Under the pieces are notes generated by a model, which searched no databases, had not been told where the DNA came from, and worked only from the letters and a program-made list of their open reading frames with translations. From a virus, in IMG/VR virus record IMGVR_UViG_3300031857_016023, positions 32,001 through 96,000 of that record: 64,000 bases of DNA; one strand, 5' to 3'. Below, in pieces: positions 8,405-17,381 of the stretch; positions within the stretch are counted from its first letter, which is position 1; each line of letters begins with the position of its first letter. Made by a program: the position numbers and the translations under genes.

Positions 8405-9314
8405 ATTTGGTATTCTTTAGCATGGCATATCCTTTAAGTAACTCTTGAATACCCATATCTAAATCAAAGTTAGGTTTAAATCCTTCCTTTTCAATCTTTT
8501 CATTGGAGACCATGTAGTTTCTTTGGTCTTTATCTTTACCAATTTCTGCTTCAACAATTTCAAATCGTGGTACATATTTTTTAATCGTATCACACAGTTC
8601 ACGCTTTGATACATTGGCAGATGAAAGGCCTATATTATAAATTTGGCCTCTCATATTCTTATTTTCTAATGCCATTGTAAATGCTTGGCATACATCTAAT
8701 ACATGAATATAATTTCGTTTAAAGTGTGATTCAAATAACACAACGAAACCATCATTGACAGCACGGTAAGTCATATCATTTACCAACAAATCAATTCTCA
8801 TTCTTGGTGACATACCAAATACAGTTGCAAGCCTAAAACTTGTGGCATTTGGATGTTCCATCAAAACCTTTTCTACTTCTACTTTATCTTTAGCATATCT
8901 AGAAATAGGATTCAATGGTGAATTTTCATCACAATAATCACCTGTACCATAAGCACTATTGGTAGTAGGCATCAAAACAATTTGTTCTTGTGACAGGTAC
9001 TTCATCATCATAAAAATAGCATCTCTGTTTGTAGAAGATGCTCCAATTGGATCTCTATCACATAAAGGTGCACCAACATAAGCTGCAAGAGGTATAATTA
9101 TATCAGCTTGTTTTAGAATTGGCAATAGGTCTGCTTCTACTCTTACATCACCACGATAAATCCTAAAATTTGGGTGATAGCATAATTGGCCAAGTGATGA
9201 TTGTTGGTACATAAAATTATCTAACACAGTAACATTATGACCTAAACCTAATAGGTCTTGTGATAACATCGACCCAATATAACCTGCACCACCTGTAACT
9301 AATATATTTGCCAT
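8391..9314 (-). CDS. NAD-dependent epimerase/dehydratase/reductase (extended SDR)
   Basis: TGGAGYIG, YAKDK (YxxxK), RLATVFG. Confidence 0.9.
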   Translation of the reverse strand: MANILVTGGAGYIGSMLSQDLLGLGHNVTVLDNFMYQQSSLGQLCYHPNFRIYRGDVRVEADLLPILKQADIIIPLAAYVGAPLCDRDPIGASSTNRDAIFMMMKYLSQEQIVLMPTTNSAYGTGDYCDENSPLNPISRYAKDKVEVEKVLMEHPNATSFRLATVFGMSPRMRIDLLVNDMTYRAVNDGFVVLFESHFKRNYIHVLDVCQAFTMALENKNMRGQIYNIGLSSANVSKRELCDTIKKYVPRFEIVEAEIGKDKDQRNYMVSNEKIEKEGFKPNFDLDMGIQELLKGYAMLKNTKYGNV

Positions 9315-9315
9315 A

Positions 9316-10485
9316 TTAAGCCTCGTTTAATGTTTTGGTAATAAAATCAATTTCATCTAATTGCATTGATGGGAAATTACCAATATAAAATCCATAAAAA
9401 TGAATATGTTCAGTATTTGGAAAATTCAAATGATAGTTTTCTGGCACAATATTTTTAAGGTATGGTTGTCTTGTTTGATTACCACCACCTGCACTTCCAC
9501 GGCGAAATTCAATGCCTTCTTCTTTCATTCTCGTCATAATTCTATTTGCGAAATCTTGGTCTTTATCATTGAGTATTAGATTGAAAGCATAGTTACTAGA
9601 GCCTATTAATTTAAAGCCAGTAAAAAATTTCTTTGGGCTTAACTTAGATAAAAACCTTTCGTGATTTCTATTCCGTAGTTTAACATTTTCATTTAATTTT
9701 GGCAACTGTGAAAGACCAAGTATACCGCCTAAATCGGTGTTACGCATATTGTATGCTGGGTAAGCAAAGATAAAATCAGGATTCAACTGTGGGTATTGTA
9801 TCTTGTAAGCCAGTTTCATTTTTTCATTACCACATTCTCTGACCATACCATGTGAACGAAGCATGCGAATTGTATTGTAAACTTCTTCATCGTTGGTACA
9901 AACCATACCGCCTTCAATCGTTGTCATATGGTGTGCGTAATAGAAAGAGAAATTGGACATCCATCCAATACTGCCGCAAAGCTTCTCTCCGTGTCTTGCG
10001 CCATGCGACTCGCAAACATCTTCAATCAATGGAATGTTGTTTCTAGCTAGAGTTGATATGAGATCATCAGTTAATGCATTAAACCCTTGAATATGTGATA
10101 AAAATACAGCACGGGTATTTGGAGTAATTGCACGAATGATAGAATCAGGATTCATACCTAAAGTGTCCATATCCACATCAACGAATACTGGTGTAAATCC
10201 ACATTGAATCACAGAGGCAACATCAGATATCCATGTTAAAGGTGGAACAATTACTTCACCGCCTTGTGGATATTTTATCTTCAACATGGTCATTGATAAT
10301 AAATTGGCAGATGCGCCAGAGTTTACAAATACGGAATACTTTACGCCTAACCATTTCGACCAAGCTTCTTCAAACTCTCGGCATTTTGGACCGTTAGTTA
10401 GAATAGGGTCATCTTGTTTTAGATGCTCAATCATGGCATCTAAATCTTGTCTTGTAACATTATTTCTCATCAAAGGAAATTTCAT
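9316..10485 (-). CDS. DegT/DnrJ-family PLP enzyme, ColD/E1-type 3-dehydratase
   Basis: VNSGASAN, EDVCESHG, SFYYAHHMTTIEGG (His at the usual Schiff-base Lys position). Confidence 0.85.
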   Translation of the reverse strand: MKFPLMRNNVTRQDLDAMIEHLKQDDPILTNGPKCREFEEAWSKWLGVKYSVFVNSGASANLLSMTMLKIKYPQGGEVIVPPLTWISDVASVIQCGFTPVFVDVDMDTLGMNPDSIIRAITPNTRAVFLSHIQGFNALTDDLISTLARNNIPLIEDVCESHGARHGEKLCGSIGWMSNFSFYYAHHMTTIEGGMVCTNDEEVYNTIRMLRSHGMVRECGNEKMKLAYKIQYPQLNPDFIFAYPAYNMRNTDLGGILGLSQLPKLNENVKLRNRNHERFLSKLSPKKFFTGFKLIGSSNYAFNLILNDKDQDFANRIMTRMKEEGIEFRRGSAGGGNQTRQPYLKNIVPENYHLNFPNTEHIHFYGFYIGNFPSMQLDEIDFITKTLNEA

Positions 10486-10492
10486 TTTAACC

Positions 10493-11482
10493 TCACGAAT
10501 TGTTTAATATAACTTGAGTACCATGATTATCGAACTTAAATGGCACCCATACCTTTATTTGTTCCATCTTTAACTTGAATTCTTTTTGTTGATCTGGCGG
10601 CACAAGAAACATAAAGAAACCGCCGCCGCCTGCACCCATTAGTTTACCACCATAAGCACCACTTTCAATGGCTGTATAATATATGTCATCTATCCATGGT
10701 TCAGTAACACCATCTGCTAGACCTCGTTTAATTTCCCAAGCTTTGTGCATCAACTCACCTATTATAAACATTTCTTTTTCTTTGGCAAGCATATCGATAG
10801 CTTCGTTTGCTAAGTTTACCGTTTCTAATAAAAGACTATCTGTTTTGCCTTCTTTGATATTATCTACCTTTTTCTTTGCTTGAATTTCTGAGTGTCGAGA
10901 AACACCAGAAAAACCAAGCATGATGTGTGATTCTAGATATGTTTTATAATCTAAATTCATTTTAAATGATTTGGCATCCCAACCTTCACTCGACATAGAA
11001 ATAACTTGAATACCGCCAAGTGCAGACATAATTTGATCTTGTATGCCAACATTTTCGCCAATAATATCTTGTTCAACTTCAATGGCTCTTTCTGCTAATT
11101 CTTTCTGTGTTAAATTATATTTCTTTAAACGATAGATTGCATTTAACAAACCTACTGTAAAGGTTGATGATGAACCAATACCAGACCTTGCAGGTAAATC
11201 ACCTTCATGGCTAATAGAAATGTTTTCTGTTATATTGGTGTATTGCAAACAAGCACGTATAGCTGGGTGATCAATATCTTCTATTGAATTAACATTTTCT
11301 ATTTTTGAATAAGTTAAACGAATGGTATGGTCAAAAAATGGCGGCAATTCTTTTATATGAACATAACAGTAATGTGCCATTGCAGCAGATATACATTTAC
11401 TTGGATGTTTTGAAAACCAAGCAGGGTAATCGGTGCCGCCACCAAACAAAGAAAGTCTATAAGGAGTTTTTGTAATAATCAT
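10493..11482 (-). CDS. GHMP sugar kinase (HddA/heptose-7-phosphate kinase-like)
   Basis: RLSLFGGGTDYP, LPARSGIGSSS, GIQDQ, GGKLMGAGGGGF. Confidence 0.9.
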   Translation of the reverse strand: MIITKTPYRLSLFGGGTDYPAWFSKHPSKCISAAMAHYCYVHIKELPPFFDHTIRLTYSKIENVNSIEDIDHPAIRACLQYTNITENISISHEGDLPARSGIGSSSTFTVGLLNAIYRLKKYNLTQKELAERAIEVEQDIIGENVGIQDQIMSALGGIQVISMSSEGWDAKSFKMNLDYKTYLESHIMLGFSGVSRHSEIQAKKKVDNIKEGKTDSLLLETVNLANEAIDMLAKEKEMFIIGELMHKAWEIKRGLADGVTEPWIDDIYYTAIESGAYGGKLMGAGGGGFFMFLVPPDQQKEFKLKMEQIKVWVPFKFDNHGTQVILNNS

Positions 11483-12009
11483 TTTTCATTGTAATAGTCA
11501 CCCCACTCTACAAGAATTGTTGAACGATTATCATCACGCAACAATGCTTTTACATAAGCAGGAAAAATTTGAAAGGGTTCATCTAAACGGATAACTTCAA
11601 CCGTTTTACACATCGATTTAAATGCTTCAGTAAAATCTCCCACATGTTGACATTGTGGGTGTAAAGGTCTTTCTGAACCAATACTGGTACGAATAATCAC
11701 ATTGGCCTTATACTTAGACATTAAGGAAAGTTTATCCACATGATTTACTAATTGACTAACAGCACATAGTAAAAAGTTCCATCGTGGATAAATTGAAATT
11801 GGAATACGACCATGTAATGCCATACCTAATGACATACCCATTTGCATTTCTTCTGCAACAGGCAATTCAATAAGTTTATCTTTCGATACATCTTTTAGTG
11901 TGTTAGACATTCCTGTGCCTGGTACAGCAACCGCTTGGCCAAGAAAAACAGTTCTATCATCGTTAGCCAAATATTCCATTGACCGTTTTAATTCATCAAA
12001 GTATTTCAA
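11479..12009 (-). CDS. TPP enzyme, E1-beta/transketolase pyrimidine-binding domain (short)
   Basis: VFLGQAV, ELPVAEEMQMGMSLGMALHG, HPQCQH. Confidence 0.85.
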   Translation of the reverse strand: MKYFDELKRSMEYLANDDRTVFLGQAVAVPGTGMSNTLKDVSKDKLIELPVAEEMQMGMSLGMALHGRIPISIYPRWNFLLCAVSQLVNHVDKLSLMSKYKANVIIRTSIGSERPLHPQCQHVGDFTEAFKSMCKTVEVIRLDEPFQIFPAYVKALLRDDNRSTILVEWGDYYNEK

Positions 12010-12605
12010 AATTGTACCCTCACTCCAGCACCAGCATGTGGATATTTGGTTTCGTATTTGTAATAGTAAATCATATCGGTATTATAATTTTCATAAGACA
12101 ATTCTTTATCATTCCATACTTCTCTTGTATCTGTACAAACTGATTTACCATTATCTTCAATAATAAATTTAATAGGTAAATTATATTGAATTGCATACTT
12201 CATTGATTCATATGCAATTCCTGTTTCTGAAGTCATATCACCTAAAAAACAATAAACTTTAGAATCACCATTACTTTTTTTAATTGACATAGCTGTACCT
12301 ACTGCAATTGGCAAAACTCCACCCACAATAGCAGAAGAATATATTTTATATTCTGGAAAACAAAGTGAGATAGAACGACCTTCTAAAATTTCTTTTTCTA
12401 TTTCATCAGCAGGCACACCTTTTAGTAAGCATTGATAGTGTGAACGCCAAGAACAAAATACCCAATCTTGTTGGCGAACATCTTTAAATACATTAATTAG
12501 TTCATCTTCATTACCATAATAGAGATGAACCGGTGATCGTATTTTTCCATTATTAAATTGGTCAGCAATACGATTTTCAAAATCAATTAGTTCTTGTTTA
12601 GTCAC
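12006..12605 (-). CDS. TPP enzyme, E1-alpha-like subunit (short)
   Basis: HLYYGNE, WRSH, AIVGGVLPIAVG, GDM...EDN TPP-binding motif. Confidence 0.85.
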   Translation of the reverse strand: MTKQELIDFENRIADQFNNGKIRSPVHLYYGNEDELINVFKDVRQQDWVFCSWRSHYQCLLKGVPADEIEKEILEGRSISLCFPEYKIYSSAIVGGVLPIAVGTAMSIKKSNGDSKVYCFLGDMTSETGIAYESMKYAIQYNLPIKFIIEDNGKSVCTDTREVWNDKELSYENYNTDMIYYYKYETKYPHAGAGVRVQF

Positions 12606-14112
12606 CTAATATTTTCCTTTTCAAACGAATCTTTGACATTTCCTCTACATTCTGCCTTGATTGTAGGCCAAATTTATTTTCTACTAATTCTAAAAATGGT
12701 TTGTGTGAGAAGTAAGTATGCCATGCATCATCACGAAACTTTAATACTTCGGCACCAGATAACGATTTAGTTCTCAATGGTTTACAATCATATGATAAGA
12801 AAGCAAACTCATCAAAAGTTTGTGGCAATTCCCAATTATTGTTTTTGGCTTCCATATACAATGGACTACCAGGTAATGCCATTGCTGCATAGAAGTTTGC
12901 GTGTTCACAGTTTAATTCTAAAGCTAAATCTAAAGTTTCTTGCATCGTTTCTTTGGTATCTTCTGGAAATCCAAACATATAATTACCAAGAACATTAATG
13001 TCAGCGTCTTTAATTTGTTTTACAACTTCACGGATGTTTACTTGTTTGAATCTACCTTTGTCAATTTCTAAACGCACTTGTTGATTACCTGATTCAATGC
13101 CAAGTGCCAACCAATTTACGCCAGCATCTTTAAACAATTTCAGTTGATCTTCACGAACAGAATCTACTCTTGCATAAGCCCAAAAGTTAAATTTCATTCC
13201 TCTAGCCACAATGCCTTGTAATATTGGCACATAATATTTTTTATTTAAAAAGAACATCTCGTCTGTAAGGCGAATAGTTCTAACTCCATTTTCATACAGG
13301 TACTCTAATTCTTTTAACATTAATTCTGCTGACCAGAATCTCATACCACGACTATCAGCTGATACGATACCTTCTTCGTATGAAGTTCTATTCACGATGT
13401 TAATCATACAGAAGTTACAACCAAATTGGCAACCTAATGATGTATAAATTGCCGCAAACGGTGTACGGCCTTCTTCTAAAAAATTAGTATGCCAATAGTG
13501 AGCTCTGTATTTGTCTAAAAGGTTCTTATCTTTAGGTAATAAGTCCCAAGCATAACCTGGCATTATAACATCCATGTCATCAGTCTTTACTATACAACCG
13601 CTTGTTGTAGGTCTTGGAAGTCCATGTTTTTTATACCACATACCACGAACATTATCTAAATCATTTTCTAAATCTGTTTCTAATAAATCTAAAAGACCAT
13701 ATACACCTTCATTGATAAAAGCAAAGTCAACATACTTGTATTGAATTACCTCATGTGGTAATGCAGATGTATGTGACCCAATAAATGCAGTTTTTAAATT
13801 TGGATGTGATAATTTGAGTTGAGTAGCCAGAGATTTGGCACCAATCATCATTGTGGTGCCTGAATTTGGATTTTGTCCGTAGAGAACAAATACTACCAGT
13901 TTTGGTTTTGTTGCTGCGATTTGTTCTGCCGCATCTTCATCAGTTGCAGGACAAGCATCAAAATCTAAAATGCATGGATCATGGCCTTTAACACGAACTG
14001 CGGATGCCAGCAATGCTGCCCATGTAGGCATTTCAATTGCTGAATATGTTTTTGCTAAATCTTGGTAGGCTTTTGCGGCACTACTTGGTACCACGAAACA
14101 CACATTTGCCAT
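12598..14112 (-). CDS. Cobalamin-binding radical SAM enzyme
   Basis: N-terminal B12-binding-like domain (IGSHTSALP, EG), CQFGCNFC, LTDEMF, GIESG, MFGFPEDT. Confidence 0.9.
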   Translation of the reverse strand: MANVCFVVPSSAAKAYQDLAKTYSAIEMPTWAALLASAVRVKGHDPCILDFDACPATDEDAAEQIAATKPKLVVFVLYGQNPNSGTTMMIGAKSLATQLKLSHPNLKTAFIGSHTSALPHEVIQYKYVDFAFINEGVYGLLDLLETDLENDLDNVRGMWYKKHGLPRPTTSGCIVKTDDMDVIMPGYAWDLLPKDKNLLDKYRAHYWHTNFLEEGRTPFAAIYTSLGCQFGCNFCMINIVNRTSYEEGIVSADSRGMRFWSAELMLKELEYLYENGVRTIRLTDEMFFLNKKYYVPILQGIVARGMKFNFWAYARVDSVREDQLKLFKDAGVNWLALGIESGNQQVRLEIDKGRFKQVNIREVVKQIKDADINVLGNYMFGFPEDTKETMQETLDLALELNCEHANFYAAMALPGSPLYMEAKNNNWELPQTFDEFAFLSYDCKPLRTKSLSGAEVLKFRDDAWHTYFSHKPFLELVENKFGLQSRQNVEEMSKIRLKRKILGD

Positions 14113-14136
14113 AACAACCTCATTATAATAAAATAT

Positions 14137-14586
14137 TTAGTGTAACTTTTTATTCTTCTTTTCTTTGATTAATTCTAACAATTCATCAACATTAAAATCT
14201 TTTGTTTCAGTTGTTTCTTCTTCATCTTCACCATCTTCTTCATCACCATCTTCCGATTCTGAAATAAAATCAACTTCATCCATTCTTTTTTGAGCTTCCA
14301 TTACAACTTCACCATAATGTTGTATAGCAGATTCTTTTGGATCAACAATTGTAAGTATATCTGAGGTATAAAGTACCGCTTGATTATTTTCAATGATTTC
14401 AATTGGCAACCAAGGCATCATCATCATTACTGTTTGACCAGTAGTAGGTATTCTTTTAAAAATAACTTGCATTGGGTCATGTAGTATGGCAGTTTCTTTA
14501 TCTTCTGATTCAATAAAGTTAGCTATAATATCTTCACCGCCATGTAGGCGAATAATCTTGATGTTATTGTTGTTGGTTGTTTCCAT
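14137..14586 (-). CDS. Conserved T4-like hypothetical protein with acidic tail
   Basis: IKIIRLHGGEDIIA...MMPWLP; lies downstream of uvsW as in cyanophage-like myoviruses. Confidence 0.75.
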   Translation of the reverse strand: METTNNNNIKIIRLHGGEDIIANFIESEDKETAILHDPMQVIFKRIPTTGQTVMMMMPWLPIEIIENNQAVLYTSDILTIVDPKESAIQHYGEVVMEAQKRMDEVDFISESEDGDEEDGEDEEETTETKDFNVDELLELIKEKKNKKLH

Positions 14587-16045
14587 CTTTTAGCTCTATG
14601 TTATAAAATTTGTATTTGAATTTTTCTTCATCATATATTTTTACTCTCTCTATAAAATGTTTTAAGGTATAATTTGTAAACTTACCAACACGAAAATCAT
14701 CAGCTATATCAAACAATGTTGCTTCTGTTTTGTTATCACCTTTTCTTAACCCACGACCTATTGATTGAAGATTACGAATCCTGGATTTGGAGGGTGAGGC
14801 AAATATAATATTATGAAGGTTACGGATGTTAACACCAGTACTAAAAGTACCGTATGAAGCAACAATAATAGCATCAGTTTCTTTTTCAGTAATTGAACGA
14901 ACTGATTCCCGTATTTCAACATCTGTGCCGCCAAATACAAAGAACACATGACGCTTACTTGTTGCAGTTTTGATAATATTGTGTAAATCTTTTCCATGTT
15001 TCTCCACAAATTGAAATAAAATTAATGTGTTGCCTTCTAAAGACAATGCCAAATTTTTAATAAATTCATTTCGAGCTTTATTCTGAACAATATAATCAAT
15101 CTCTGTATTGTAATCCCAATCACGAGCCATTTTACAGATAGGTTCAGGATATTTTAATACAAGGCACTTAATAAAGAATTCTGCTAGATGCCCTTTCTCA
15201 ATCAATTCTGAGGTGGTTGTGGCCTTATAAACTGGACCAAACAAACCTTCTAATACTAGGCGATGTGTTTGTGTACCATCTAGTGTACCTGTGGTGCCTA
15301 TTCTATATTTAGCGTTAGTACAACCAGACAGTATCGTAGTAAGTGATTTGGCCTTAAACTGGTGTGCTTCGTCACCCATCACATAATCAAACTGTTCAAA
15401 GTAATCTTTTTCATTCTTATAGATTGATTGCCATGTGGTGATAGTAAGAAACTTGTTTGTGTGTTTCTCTTTACCAGAGTATTGACGATGGCAGTATTGG
15501 TCTGAATCATAACCATAAGAAGCAAAGTCACTATACATTTGTTCTACTAATGATGTAGTAGGAACAATTAACAACCCTCTTTTAAAATCTGCTTCTTGTA
15601 ACCAACGAACAATCAAATAAATGATAAGAGATTTACCTGATGCAGTTGGTGATAGAATGAGTTGGCGTTTATTGCGTACAGCCTGTAGAAAACATTTCCA
15701 TTGATACTCACGCAATTCATGTGGCAGTTTTAGTGTTTGTATAAACTCTAATGCCTCAACACCTGAGAATTCTTGTGTAAGCTTGATAGCATCGGCTATC
15801 TCTAAACTATAATCTCTTTCGGCACAAAATTTTTCTATGTATGGGATTAGACCATGATATATGGTAAATGTGCGTAAGTCCGCCAGGCGAATCTTTCCAT
15901 CCCATACACGGCTCTTATATGCAGGTGTAAATTGGTAATTTGGTACAAAGAATGTGAAGTAGTCTGACAGTTCTTGTGCTATACTTCTTTCACATTCAAA
16001 CTGTATAAACGCTTCATTCTTTTTGGTTAATAATAAATCAGACAC
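14564..16045 (-). CDS. uvsW: DNA helicase UvsW
   Basis: SPTASGKS, DEAH, GTTGT, QSIGRGLR. Probable GTG start at 16045 overlaps the uvsY end. Confidence 0.95.
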   Translation of the reverse strand: MSDLLLTKKNEAFIQFECERSIAQELSDYFTFFVPNYQFTPAYKSRVWDGKIRLADLRTFTIYHGLIPYIEKFCAERDYSLEIADAIKLTQEFSGVEALEFIQTLKLPHELREYQWKCFLQAVRNKRQLILSPTASGKSLIIYLIVRWLQEADFKRGLLIVPTTSLVEQMYSDFASYGYDSDQYCHRQYSGKEKHTNKFLTITTWQSIYKNEKDYFEQFDYVMGDEAHQFKAKSLTTILSGCTNAKYRIGTTGTLDGTQTHRLVLEGLFGPVYKATTTSELIEKGHLAEFFIKCLVLKYPEPICKMARDWDYNTEIDYIVQNKARNEFIKNLALSLEGNTLILFQFVEKHGKDLHNIIKTATSKRHVFFVFGGTDVEIRESVRSITEKETDAIIVASYGTFSTGVNIRNLHNIIFASPSKSRIRNLQSIGRGLRKGDNKTEATLFDIADDFRVGKFTNYTLKHFIERVKIYDEEKFKYKFYNIELKDGNNQQQ

Positions 16046-16472
16046 CTTGTATAAATTTTTCCCAATCAATAAATGATCTAAGTTGATATGTTCTACTATT
16101 TAGCTCTTTTAAAATAGACTGGCATATCTCAACAACTTCTTCGTGTATGGCCTTCTTCGCCATATACTTGTTTAAATCTTCATCACTCTCCAGATATGTA
16201 GACAGATCGGATTTGATAACAAATGGAAATGGTTCCCATCCATGTTTCTCTAATGCCTCATCATCTAACTTACCTGTGTAATACTCCCACTTAATTTTTT
16301 TCCATTTATTATAATTGAATTCTGCTTGCTTGGCAAGCATACGATGTTGAGATAATACGTTTAGGTATTTACTATGAAGTTTGGGTATATCTAACAATGC
16401 CTTACCTGGTTCGGTACGGTCAATATTGGAATCTTTCCGCCATTCTTCTAACACTTCATCCAGATTTTTCAT
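16038..16472 (-). CDS. uvsY: Recombination mediator UvsY
   Basis: IPKLHSKYL, KWEYYTGK, IDWEKF. AGGAGG RBS precedes the ATG at 16472. Confidence 0.9.
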   Translation of the reverse strand: MKNLDEVLEEWRKDSNIDRTEPGKALLDIPKLHSKYLNVLSQHRMLAKQAEFNYNKWKKIKWEYYTGKLDDEALEKHGWEPFPFVIKSDLSTYLESDEDLNKYMAKKAIHEEVVEICQSILKELNSRTYQLRSFIDWEKFIQGV

Positions 16473-16495
16473 GCCAATAAACCTCCTGTTATAGG

Positions 16496-16524
16496 AGTAT
16501 AACAAAAAACGGTTAGAATGTCAA
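16496..16524 (-). promoter_or_regulatory. sigma70-type promoter for uvsY-uvsW
   Basis: TTGACA-17 nt-TATACT. Confidence 0.85.
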
Positions 16525-16530
16525 GCTGTT

Positions 16531-17079
16531 TTAGAACAATTTTTCAACATCATAATAACTATACCGAAATGTGGCATCGGCAGTTAATATGGTATCAGGC
16601 CCATCTTGAGCATTCATTATGAAAGTTGAAAGTGTTGTTGGGAATACTTCGTAAAATTTAAAACGGTAGTATTCTTTATTTGAGGAAGAAAACAATGTTA
16701 AAGAGGCATCACTAAATTGTGGAAACTTATTACTAATATCATTCTTTGCTGATTGATATTTATTTAATTTGGATAAATTTCTATACTCTTTAAACTCCAC
16801 AGGGAAAGTCATCGCACGAATCCAATCGTGTATTTCTAACCAACCTTTTAGTTCTTCATCAATGATGAATGTGACATTTAATAAATCATAAATGGCCTTT
16901 TCGCCTGGAGAATATATGTCAACGAATGGGTTTGTAATTACAGCTTCAGATAAAGACAGACCTGGCACGGTAACATTTTGGCAAAAGTATTGCATATTTG
17001 GTACACGACCAAATGTCAATAAAAACTTATTAGGTTGTAATGGATTAGGATTACTTGGGTTGCGTGTGAGTGCGGTCAT
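16531..17079 (-). CDS. gp3: Tail tube terminator / completion protein
   Basis: NPLQPNKF, YFCQNVTVPG, FIIDEEL, FPTTLS; position after gp23. Confidence 0.85.
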   Translation of the reverse strand: MTALTRNPSNPNPLQPNKFLLTFGRVPNMQYFCQNVTVPGLSLSEAVITNPFVDIYSPGEKAIYDLLNVTFIIDEELKGWLEIHDWIRAMTFPVEFKEYRNLSKLNKYQSAKNDISNKFPQFSDASLTLFSSSNKEYYRFKFYEVFPTTLSTFIMNAQDGPDTILTADATFRYSYYDVEKLF

Positions 17080-17282
17080 AAAGTTTTCTTAATATGCAGA
17101 CCAATATCAATGACATGTTCTTTTTCAATCATGTTAATAATACGATTTGTTAGTGTTATTTCCTGTTGAATAAAAGTCATCTTTAATTGGAGTTCTTTTA
17201 ATTGTTGATTATAGAAATCCAATTCTTTTAGTTTTCTGGCTCTTATATCGAGCAAGTCAGACATTACTATAATATCGGTCAT
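17076..17282 (-). CDS. Hypothetical coiled-coil protein (68 aa)
   Basis: ATGA overlap with gp3; late promoter upstream. Confidence 0.7.
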   Translation of the reverse strand: MTDIIVMSDLLDIRARKLKELDFYNQQLKELQLKMTFIQQEITLTNRIINMIEKEHVIDIGLHIKKTL

Positions 17283-17287
17283 AAGGT

Positions 17288-17295
17288 TATTTATG
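17288..17295 (-). promoter_or_regulatory. T4-type late promoter variant
   Basis: CATAAATA between the gp23 terminator and the next gene. Confidence 0.6.
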
Positions 17296-17298
17296 TAT

Positions 17299-17330
17299 AA
17301 AAAAAGACCCGCTTTTTAGGGCGGGTCTTT
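17299..17330 (-). terminator. Intrinsic terminator after gp23
   Basis: AAAGACCCGC-8 nt-GCGGGTCTTT followed by a T tract. Confidence 0.9.
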
Positions 17331-17381
17331 AAGTTTTAGCGGGTATCTTATAGTTATTCTTATTATGATACCCTAGTTAGA

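Noticed and set aside
11479-12605. Pyruvate dehydrogenase as a central-metabolism auxiliary gene
   Set aside because: The subunits are truncated, E2/E3 are absent, and the context is a sugar-nucleotide cluster.
16046-16505. Longer starts for uvsW (16069) and uvsY (16505) given in the ORF track
   Set aside because: RBS, promoter position and gene overlap favour 16045 (GTG) and 16472 (ATG).
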